Assembly: GCA_964519555.1 (NCBI GenBank)
Contig: CAZFJE010000001.1
Coordinates: forward strand, 3,654-67,653
Reading direction: 5' to 3'
DNA: 64,000 nucleotides
DNA from: an uncultured Thermoleophilia bacterium
GTDB taxonomy: Bacteria; Actinomycetota; Thermoleophilia; UBA2241
Shown here: positions 19,404-26,262 of the stretch, piece after piece
Layout: each line of letters begins with the position of its first letter
Numbering within the stretch: the stretch's first letter is position 1
Program-made: the position numbers and the translations under genes
The notes under the pieces: generated by a model
The model's database searches: none
Seen by the model: the letters and a program-made list of their open reading frames with translations, nothing else
What the model was told of the DNA's origin: nothing

Positions 19404-20648
19404 ATGCGGCCCGACAGAGACCAGTCAGCGGCACGGCGGCACGGCGTGATCGACGCCAGGCAGCGCCGGCGCCGCGGCGCACCGGCCGACGTCACGCCGG
19501 TGGCGCCACCCGCCGCAGCCGCGGCCCCGGGCGACGGACCGGCGGCCATCCGCGGCGCCCTGGCCACCACGCTCGGCTGGCGGCACGAGCCGGCGCTCGC
19601 GCTGCGCGCGAGCGCCGGCTCGTGCCACGGCGACCAGCTGGCCGCTACACCGACGATCGGCGACGTGGCCGCCCGGGGCCTCGACGACTGGCGTTCCTCG
19701 CGCTCGTTCGACTACGCCGGGCTCGCGGTGCGCGTGCTCGCCGAGCCCCGCGGCGAAGAGGAGCCCAGCCGCGAGATGATCCCGGCCGACGTCATCGCCA
19801 CGGTGCTGCGCATGATCGTCGAAGCTCACTTCGCCGTGTGGTACGTCTGGCACGTGCCGACCGCGTTCTGCCTGGTGCCCGGCCTCGAAGGGCTCCTGCG
19901 CCTGCCCCACGAAGCGGCCCCGACCTTCACCGAGGAATGGTTCGGCCTCGTGCATCCCGACGACCTGCCTCGACTCGTGGCCGAGAACGACCGCGCGCTG
20001 CGCGACATCTCGTCGTTTCGCAGCGAGTATCGCCTGCGCCGCGGCGACGGCGGATACGTCTGGGTCAGCGACTGGGCGATCGTGCTGGCCGGACCCGACG
20101 GCACCGCCGAGTGGATGGCCGGCGGCATCCGCGACATCACCGTCGACAAGGCCCTCGAGCTGGCGCGGCTGTCGCTGCGCAACCAGACGCAGGCGCTCGA
20201 GGAGCGCAACGTGGCGCTCAAGGTACTGGTCGACCAGCGCCGCGACGACCTGGATGCCCTCAGACTCTCGGTCACCGAGAACGTCGAACAGCTCGTCATG
20301 CCCTCGCTCGACCTGCTCGCCGACGCTCTGCGAGGCCGGCCCGAGAGCGCCCTGGTCGAAGCGGTCAGGCTTACGCTCGACGAGATCACGCGGCCCCTGC
20401 TGGCACGCCCCGACGGCGCGTCGGGCGGCGGGCCGCGCCTGAGTCGCCGCGAGTATCAGGTGCTGCAGCTGATCAGGTCCGGCAAGACCACCGACGAGAT
20501 CGCCCACGCCCTCTGTCTGTCGCCCACGACGGTCACCTTCCACCGCGGCAACATCCGCCAGAAGATGGGGCTTCACGGCACCGGCCGGCGCCTCACCACC
20601 GAGGTGGCCGCGAGCGCGACCGGCGGCGCGCACCCCACGGTGCCCTGA
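19404..20648 (+). CDS. PAS-domain LuxR-family transcriptional regulator (start uncertain)
   Basis: The PAS-like core reads LVHPDDLPRLVAENDRAL..YRLRRGDGGYVWVSDWAIVL..GGIRDITVDKA. The C-terminal LuxR HTH reads LSRREYQVLQLIRSGKTTDEIAHALCLSPTTVTFHRGNIRQKMG. A perfect 20-bp hairpin at 19582..19626 lies inside the first 75 codons, so the true start may be downstream. Confidence 0.8.
   Translation: MRPDRDQSAARRHGVIDARQRRRRGAPADVTPVAPPAAAAAPGDGPAAIRGALATTLGWRHEPALALRASAGSCHGDQLAATPTIGDVAARGLDDWRSSRSFDYAGLAVRVLAEPRGEEEPSREMIPADVIATVLRMIVEAHFAVWYVWHVPTAFCLVPGLEGLLRLPHEAAPTFTEEWFGLVHPDDLPRLVAENDRALRDISSFRSEYRLRRGDGGYVWVSDWAIVLAGPDGTAEWMAGGIRDITVDKALELARLSLRNQTQALEERNVALKVLVDQRRDDLDALRLSVTENVEQLVMPSLDLLADALRGRPESALVEAVRLTLDEITRPLLARPDGASGGGPRLSRREYQVLQLIRSGKTTDEIAHALCLSPTTVTFHRGNIRQKMGLHGTGRRLTTEVAASATGGAHPTVP
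19582..19626 (+). other. Perfect 20-bp-stem hairpin in the 5' region of the PAS-LuxR gene
   Basis: ggcacgagccggcgctcgcg-ctgcg-cgcgagcgccggctcgtgcc has no mismatches and a 5-nt loop. Confidence 0.6.
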
Positions 20649-20688
20649 TGCGGTCCGCCGCTGCACGCCGCACGCCCGGCGCTCACTG

Positions 20689-21270
20689 ATGGCCGACCAG
20701 CGCCCCGACGGTGAGCTCGACGACTACCTGCGGCAGGTGACGATCGGCGAGGTCGAACGCCCCGCCATCCGCGTGGTCGAGTACGATCGCGGCTGGCCGC
20801 GGCGGTTTTCTCACGAGGCCGCCGCGATCCGCGCAGCGCTCGGCGCCCGGGCGCTGCTCGTCGAACACATCGGCTCCACCTCGGTACCCGGCCTTGCCGC
20901 CAAGCCCATCCTCGATGTGCTGCTCGTCGTGCACGACTCGGCCGACGAGCCCGCCTGGCTGCCCGCCCTCGAAGCGGCCGGCTACGTGCTGCGCGTGCGC
21001 GAACCAGACTTTCACGAGCACCGCATGCTGCGCACGCAGGCCAAAGACGTACACCTGCACGTCTATTCGCCCGACTCGCCCGAGATCGCCAGGAACCTGG
21101 CATTTCGCGATCGCCTGCGCACCGACGCCGCCGACCGCGTTCTCTACGCCGACACCAAACGCCGCCTTGCCGCCCGGACCTGGCCCACCATGCAGCACTA
21201 CGCCGAGGCCAAGACCGCGGTGATCGAGGCCATCATCGCCCGCGCCACAGCGACGGCGGCAGAGCGGTGA
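20689..21270 (+). CDS. GrpB-family protein (nucleotidyltransferase fold)
   Basis: IRVVEYDRGWPRRFSHEAAAIRAALG..VEHIGSTSVPGLAAKPILDVLLVV..HLHVY is characteristic of GrpB/UPF0157. Confidence 0.85.
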   Translation: MADQRPDGELDDYLRQVTIGEVERPAIRVVEYDRGWPRRFSHEAAAIRAALGARALLVEHIGSTSVPGLAAKPILDVLLVVHDSADEPAWLPALEAAGYVLRVREPDFHEHRMLRTQAKDVHLHVYSPDSPEIARNLAFRDRLRTDAADRVLYADTKRRLAARTWPTMQHYAEAKTAVIEAIIARATATAAER

Positions 21271-22262
21271 CAGCGCCCGGCGCCGCTCGGGAGGTCATGA
21301 CCGCGCCCGGCGCCGCCGGCAGCGCAACGACCGCGCCCGAGGCCGCCGGGCGGCGGCGCGACCTGGGCGTGCTCGCGCTCGCCACCCTTGCCCCCGTGTG
21401 GGGCTACGGCTGGGTGGCGTCGAAGGTGGCGCTCAGCTACTCGACGCCGCTCACGTTCGCCGCCCTGCGCGCCGGCCTCAGCATCCCCTGCCTGTTCCTG
21501 GTGCTCGTCGTGGCGCGGCGTTCGCTGCGTCCCACACCCCTGGGCTACACGCTGGCCATCGGCCTGCTGCAGACGACCGGGTTCGTGGGTCTGGGCGCGT
21601 GGGCGTTGTCGAGCGGCGGCGCCGGCAAGGTCGCGGTGCTCACCTACACCATGCCCTTCTGGCTGTTGTTGCTGGCCCGCGCGTTCCTGGGCGAACGCCT
21701 GCGCGGCCTGCAGCTCGTCGCCGTGGGTCTCGCGCTGACCGGGCTCGCGCTGGTGGTCGTGCCCTGGCGCTTGCACAGCCTGTCGAGCAGCCTGCTGGCG
21801 GTCGGCAGCGGCATCGCCTGGGCGGCCAGCGCCCTGGTGGTCAAGCTCATGCAGCGCCATCACGTCGTCGACGTGCTCTCGCTGACCACCTGGCAGATGG
21901 TCTTCGGCTCGCTGCCGCTGATCGCCATCGCCCTGCTCGCGCACAGCCCCGCTCCGCAGTGGACCGCGGCCTTTGCGGCCGCGCTCACCTACACGCTCCT
22001 GCTGGCCAACATCCTGGCCTGGGCGCTCTGGCTCTATGCCCTGCGCGCCCTGTCGGCCGGGGCGGCAGGCCTGGGCACCCTGGCTGTCCCTGCGCTCGGC
22101 GTGCTCGCGGCCTGGCTGCAGCTCGGGGAGCGGCCCGACGCAGTCGAGGCCGCCGGCATGGCCCTGATCGTGGGTGCCCTCGCCGTGCTCGCCGCTCACG
22201 GCATCGCGGCCGCCCGCACGGCCGCGCCGGCGCGCGCCGGCCAGGGCCGCTGTCTCCCCTGA
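21267..22262 (+). CDS. EamA/DMT-family transporter
   Basis: Ten predicted TM helices form two EamA-like halves (WGYGWVASKVAL, TYTMPFWLLLLARAFLGERL, LGVLAAWLQLGERP). The start is GTG 21267 (GTGA overlap with the grpB-like stop) or ATG 21297. Confidence 0.85.
   Translation: MTAPGAAREVMTAPGAAGSATTAPEAAGRRRDLGVLALATLAPVWGYGWVASKVALSYSTPLTFAALRAGLSIPCLFLVLVVARRSLRPTPLGYTLAIGLLQTTGFVGLGAWALSSGGAGKVAVLTYTMPFWLLLLARAFLGERLRGLQLVAVGLALTGLALVVVPWRLHSLSSSLLAVGSGIAWAASALVVKLMQRHHVVDVLSLTTWQMVFGSLPLIAIALLAHSPAPQWTAAFAAALTYTLLLANILAWALWLYALRALSAGAAGLGTLAVPALGVLAAWLQLGERPDAVEAAGMALIVGALAVLAAHGIAAARTAAPARAGQGRCLP
21268..21357 (+). repeat. Three tandem 30-bp units encoding (V/M/T)TAPGAA-type decapeptides at the transporter N-terminus
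   Basis: The units are tgacagcgcccggcgccgctcgggaggtca, tgaccgcgcccggcgccgccggcagcgcaa and cgaccgcgcccgaggccgccgggcggcggc. Confidence 0.8.
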
Positions 22263-22304
22263 CGACGCAATCTGCGCGCCGAGCCGTCGGACCACGCCCG
22301 GTCC

Positions 22305-22565
22305 CTCTGCCAGGGCACGGTGTCGTCGGTCGATCTGCAGGCCGGTTCGCTCGTCGTGCACGTGGCCCACGGCTCCAGCGGCCTGCGCGGCGCGATGGGC
22401 AAGGACATCACCATCGACGTGCCCGCCGGCGCCAAGATCGTCGCGCTGCAGCGTCGCTCGGCGGCCCCGACGACGATCGATCAGGTCACCGCGGGCGACC
22501 GCGTGCTGGTCATCGGCCACGCCGACCGCACCGACCCGGCCACCCCGGTGTTCGTGGCCGCTCAG
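22305..22565 (+). pseudogene. Relic of a single Cys-headed beta-domain repeat (paralog of repeat 2 of the 34560..35540 gene)
   Basis: LCQGTVSSVDLQAGSLVVHVA..GKDITIDVPAGA..TTIDQVTAGDRVLVIGHADRTDPATPV aligns at about 50% identity by eye with FVCRGTVSSVDLQADTLAVHVA..GKTAIIDVPAAA..TTIDQLTAGDIVYATGSIDRSDAAVPV. It has no signal peptide and no plausible start before the domain. There is no in-frame stop until 24671. Confidence 0.35.
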
Positions 22566-22625
22566 CGAAGGCGTCCCTGCGCCGACGCCGCCTTCGCGCG
22601 GGGCACGCCCGCACCGTCAGAACCC

Positions 22626-24533
22626 TCATATGCAGTCGAACACGGCGTAGTCGGCGGCGCTTGCGGTGGCCTGGCCACCGCAAGCGCCGCCGACGGCCAG
22701 TCCGCCCGCGCCGTTCACCGCTACGGCGCCGAGCAGCTCCTCGAAGACAGGCCGCACCAGGTCGCAGTACGGAAACGGCGCCCGCCAGCCGCCGGGCAGG
22801 TCGTGCACCCGCGCCGCGTAATGGGCCTGCATCCAGCACTCGCCGCCGCAGGCGTCGACCACCGGGCAGGCGGCGCACGCGGCGCGGTCGCGGGCCCGCG
22901 CGGCGCGCAGCAGGCGCAGCGCCGGCGAGGTCCGCCAGAGGTGCTCGAGCGTGTCGTCGTGCAGATCGCCGGCCACGAAGGCGGGGTCGCCGGTGGTGAT
23001 CGTGCAGGCGTGCACCTTGCCGTAGGGATCGATGGCCAGGTCGCGGCAGCCCGCCGCGCAGAAGTCCTGGGGCTGCTCGAGGCGACGCCGCCAGGCGGTC
23101 AGGTTGTCGATCGCCAGGTCGAGCTCGGCGGCCACCTCGGCGACGGCCCGCAGCCCAGCCAGCATCTCGGCCCCCGTGGGCACGAGGTCGAGATCGTCCG
23201 CGAGGCCGCCGCGCTGGTGCGGCAGGATCAGGTGCAGGCGCCCGACGCCGGCGCGCTTGAGCTCGCGGGCCAGCGCCGGAAGCCCCGGCAACGTCGGTCG
23301 CAGCAGCACGGTGTTGGCCACGGGCTGCAATCCCACCTGCAGCAGGTTGGCGATAGAGGCGAGCGCTGCGGCGTGGTTGCCCGGCGCGCGCAGCTCGTCG
23401 TGGATCTGCTCGGGACCGTCGAGGCTGATCAGCGGCCGCAGGCGGCCGTGGCCCGCGGCGGCGAGCTCGGTGGCCAGCGCCGGCGTGATCGGACTGTTGA
23501 AGAACAGGCGGGCGCGCAGGCCGTGGCCGCCGGTGACGTGCTCGAGCAGCTCGCAGAGGTCGTCGCGCAGCAGGGGGTCGCCGCCCAGAAAGACGAAGCT
23601 GCTCGCGCCCAGTGCCACGCACTCGTCGATCGCCCGCCGCCAGGCGGCCGTGTCGAGCTCGTCGGGCGCCCTGGGACTGGCCCGGTTGTAGCAGTGCGGG
23701 CAGGCGCTGCCGCAACGGTTGGTGATGTGCAGATAGACCTCGCGCACCCCCTGGGCGACGGCCTCCGCGCCGCGTGGCCGCGCGGCTACCGGCGTGGTCG
23801 GGAACGGCGCGACGCCGCGCCCGTCTCGCCGGGAGGCTGCCACGCTCCCCGGGCCGCTCGCCGCAGGGTCGGCCGCAAGGCGTTCGGCCACGGCGAGGTC
23901 GGCGGCCTCGTCGACGTCGAACCACAGCGGGAGCTGGACGACCTCCAGGTCGGCGCGGCGCGCCTCGGTCAGTGTCCAGCGCAGCAGCGCCGCGGAGCCC
24001 ATCGGCGCGCCCTCGAACAGCCGGCGCAGCGCCGCTTCGCTGGCCGCCCAGGTGCGCCGCTCGATGCCGACGGCGTAGTAGCCACCGTCGGCGGCAGGCC
24101 CAAGCGAGATGGCGGCCGGGCCGAGACGGTCGATGGCCAGGCGAAGGTATTCGGGCGGGAGCTGGGGACTGTCGCTGTTGACGGCTACGACGGCCCCGGC
24201 GCCGGCGGCGAACAGGTCGGCAAAGACGGCGGCGAGACGCTCGCCGAGCGTCTCGCCGCGCTGCCCCAGCACGACCCAGCGCGGGCCGCACGGCGGCTGC
24301 GCGGCGGCCGGGCCCGGCGCCGTCGCGAGCGCGAGCGCGACGCCATCGACCAGCTCGGCTTGCGCCAGGGTCGACTCGAGCAGCCGGCGGTAGGCGGCCA
24401 GCGCCGCGTCGGCGCCGATGGCCGCCGCGAGACGCGTCTTGACGCGCCCGGCCACGAAGGGCCTGGCCATGACGACGACGACCGCCGCCCCGGACGTCAC
24501 GACCACGCCTGGGAGCGGACCGGGTCCGCTCAT
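22626..24533 (-). CDS. Fusion protein: DUF2064 (TIGR04282-like transferase) N-terminal domain plus radical SAM/SPASM C-terminal domains
   Basis: DUF2064-like motifs are VVVMARPFVAGRVKTRLA, LGERLAAVFADLF, AVNSDSPQL and GPAADGGYYAVGI (aa 15-200). The rSAM cluster motif is NRCGSACPHC (CX3CX2C, near 23690-23720). The SPASM region has CAAGCRDLAIDPYGKVHAC and CAACPVVDACGGEC (CX2CX5CX3C, near 22830-22890). Confidence 0.85.
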   Translation of the reverse strand: MSGPGPLPGVVVTSGAAVVVVMARPFVAGRVKTRLAAAIGADAALAAYRRLLESTLAQAELVDGVALALATAPGPAAAQPPCGPRWVVLGQRGETLGERLAAVFADLFAAGAGAVVAVNSDSPQLPPEYLRLAIDRLGPAAISLGPAADGGYYAVGIERRTWAASEAALRRLFEGAPMGSAALLRWTLTEARRADLEVVQLPLWFDVDEAADLAVAERLAADPAASGPGSVAASRRDGRGVAPFPTTPVAARPRGAEAVAQGVREVYLHITNRCGSACPHCYNRASPRAPDELDTAAWRRAIDECVALGASSFVFLGGDPLLRDDLCELLEHVTGGHGLRARLFFNSPITPALATELAAAGHGRLRPLISLDGPEQIHDELRAPGNHAAALASIANLLQVGLQPVANTVLLRPTLPGLPALARELKRAGVGRLHLILPHQRGGLADDLDLVPTGAEMLAGLRAVAEVAAELDLAIDNLTAWRRRLEQPQDFCAAGCRDLAIDPYGKVHACTITTGDPAFVAGDLHDDTLEHLWRTSPALRLLRAARARDRAACAACPVVDACGGECWMQAHYAARVHDLPGGWRAPFPYCDLVRPVFEELLGAVAVNGAGGLAVGGACGGQATASAADYAVFDCI

Positions 24534-24708
24534 CTAGAGGTGCCTCATGTCGCAAGTATCGGGCACCGGGGCGCGTACGGGAAGCGCTCGTTGGGCGCAG
24601 GCCGGGGCCACCGCGGCGAACCGCGGGTGCAGGACCGCGCGACCGCCTGCATCCTCCCACCTTCCCTGTGACAAGGGGATCGCGCCCGGCGGTCGCGCCT
24701 CCCACCGT

Positions 24709-24804
24709 CACCCGTCCGGGAGTCGTAGACTGTGGTGGGCCACCCGTCGGGGCGTCGTAGACTGAGATCGCTCACCCGTCGGGCGTCGCAGACTGAGCGC
24801 GGAC
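24709..24804 (+). promoter_or_regulatory. Three tandem direct repeats with exact 32-bp phasing in a divergent intergenic region
   Basis: The repeats are cacccgtccgggagtcgtagactgtg (24709), cacccgtcggggcgtcgtagactgag (24741) and cacccgtcggg-cgtcgcagactgag (24773). They lie between the rSAM fusion gene (start 24533, minus strand) and the GT2 gene (start about 24858, plus strand). Confidence 0.6.
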
Positions 24805-24857
24805 CGCCCGACCGCACGATCCAAGACAGCCGGAGGACTCAACTGGACACGGGCAGC

Positions 24858-25610
24858 GTGCAGACCGAGCCGGCCGAGTGGCGCATCGTGGTGCCCGTCT
24901 TGAACGAAGCCGCAGCGCTGCCGGCGCTGCTGCGCGAGCTGCGCGACCTCGACCTGCTCGAGCGCACGGTCTTCGTGGACAACGGCTCGACCGACGAGGG
25001 GGCCGGCCACATCGCGCGCGCCGGCGGCGCCCTGCTGCGCGAGCCACGACGCGGCTACGGCTACCCGTGCCTCACCGGGGCTCGGGCGGCCGTCGTCGCG
25101 GGCGCCGCGGCAGTCGTGTTCATGGAGGCCGACGGCACCGACGATCCCGCCGAGGCGGCCGGCCTGGCCGCTCCCGTGCTGGCCGGCCGCGCCGACCTGG
25201 TGGTTGGCTCGCGCCGCGCGGCCGTACGGGGCCGCCAGGGGCGCATGCCAGTGCACCAGCGTCTGGGCAACGACTGGCTGGGCCTCACGCTGCGCGTCCT
25301 GTTCGGCCTGCGGCTGAGCGACGACGGACCGTTCCGCGCCATCGACGGCGCGCTCCTCGAGCGCCTCGCGCTCGAGGAGCGCGCCTACGCCCTGCCCACA
25401 GAGATGGTGGTCAAGGCGCGGCTGCTGGGAGCCCGCATCGAGGTCGTCGAGACCCTCTACCGGGCGCGCCGCGGGCCGTCGAAGATCGCCGGCACCTGGC
25501 GCGGGTCGCTGCTTGCCGTGCGCGACATCAGCTCGTGCCTGTGGCGCCTGCGGATCTTCGGGTTCGTCACCGCCGACAGCCCGCCGCGGCGCGTGCGCGG
25601 CTGGCTCTGA
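24858..25610 (+). CDS. Family 2 glycosyltransferase-like transferase (TIGR04283-like?)
   Basis: Motifs are WRIVVPVLNEAAALPALLREL, VFVDNGSTDEG, FMEADGTDDP and DLVVGSRR. I chose GTG 24858 as the start. The listed ORF start at 24732 lies inside the repeats. Confidence 0.8.
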   Translation: MQTEPAEWRIVVPVLNEAAALPALLRELRDLDLLERTVFVDNGSTDEGAGHIARAGGALLREPRRGYGYPCLTGARAAVVAGAAAVVFMEADGTDDPAEAAGLAAPVLAGRADLVVGSRRAAVRGRQGRMPVHQRLGNDWLGLTLRVLFGLRLSDDGPFRAIDGALLERLALEERAYALPTEMVVKARLLGARIEVVETLYRARRGPSKIAGTWRGSLLAVRDISSCLWRLRIFGFVTADSPPRRVRGWL

Positions 25611-25629
25611 CGAGCCGCGGCGCGCGGGG

Positions 25630-26121
25630 TCAGTAGACCGGCAGACGCGGGTGCGGCCGGCGACGCGCGAGCCTGGCGTCGAGGCCCAGTGTGCGCCCCG
25701 CCTGCGTCACGGCGACTACCAGGCAGATCGCGGCCAGAGCGATGTAGGTGCCCGGCCAGTCCTTGGTGCCCGACGTCGCCACCAGCAGGTTGAGCTGAAA
25801 GAGACAGCCCAGCAGCCCGACCAGCGGCGTGAACAGGCCCAGCACGAGACAGCTGCCGACGAGCAATTCGACGACGAGCTGCCCGGGGGCGACCAGGCCG
25901 GCGTGGGGCAACATCACGTGGCGCAGGAAGGAGCCGTAGACGCCGATCCTGGTGGTGGCGGCGTAGTGGCCGACGAACGTGTGCCAGCCGCTGCCCGAGT
26001 ACAGGCCCTTGGCCAGGTTGTCGCCCCACACGGCCAAGAAGATCACGCCCATGAGCACCCGCAGGAAGGCGAGTGCGAGGTAGGCGCGGTGTTCGCGGTC
26101 GTTGGCACGCACGGCGGCCAA
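25630..26121 (-). CDS. DoxX-family membrane protein
   Basis: 163 aa with four TM helices. AYLALAFLRVLMGVIFLAVWGDNLAKG and VVELLVGSCLVLGLFTPLVGLLG are typical of DoxX/DoxD. Confidence 0.75.
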   Translation of the reverse strand: MAAVRANDREHRAYLALAFLRVLMGVIFLAVWGDNLAKGLYSGSGWHTFVGHYAATTRIGVYGSFLRHVMLPHAGLVAPGQLVVELLVGSCLVLGLFTPLVGLLGCLFQLNLLVATSGTKDWPGTYIALAAICLVVAVTQAGRTLGLDARLARRRPHPRLPVY

Positions 26122-26262
26122 GCTGGCTCCCTTCGTCGTCGCGAGCCTATGCCCGCCCGACCCGCGCCTGCAACGTATCGACCCGTGCGACCCTGCGACC
26201 GGACCTCGCGACGGGTCGAGCCGGCGCGAGCATCGAGCCCGCGCCGCGCGGCGCGTCGCGCG

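Noticed and set aside
22617-22628. Possible selenocysteine read-through at the TGA stop of the rSAM fusion gene, since related systems are reported to carry Sec-containing C-terminal domains.
   Set aside because: A second in-frame TGA follows two codons later. No Cys-rich extension or SECIS-like hairpin is visible downstream.
22566-24671. The remainder of the 783-aa plus-strand ORF 22320..24671.
   Set aside because: It is exactly antisense to the motif-rich rSAM fusion gene. Beyond the first ~82 codons the translation is Arg/Gly/Ala-rich with no recognisable motif. It is a typical high-GC shadow ORF.
24709-24804. The direct repeats, considered as a CRISPR array.
   Set aside because: There are only three contiguous copies with no unique spacers between them, the repeats are imperfect, and there are no cas genes in the window.
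24545-24817. A 90-aa minus-strand ORF across the three direct repeats, considered as a possible precursor peptide for the rSAM/SPASM enzyme.
   Set aside because: The 32-bp repeat period is not a multiple of 3, so the repeats do not encode a repeated peptide. The translation is Arg-rich, and there is no leader/core pattern or convincing RBS.
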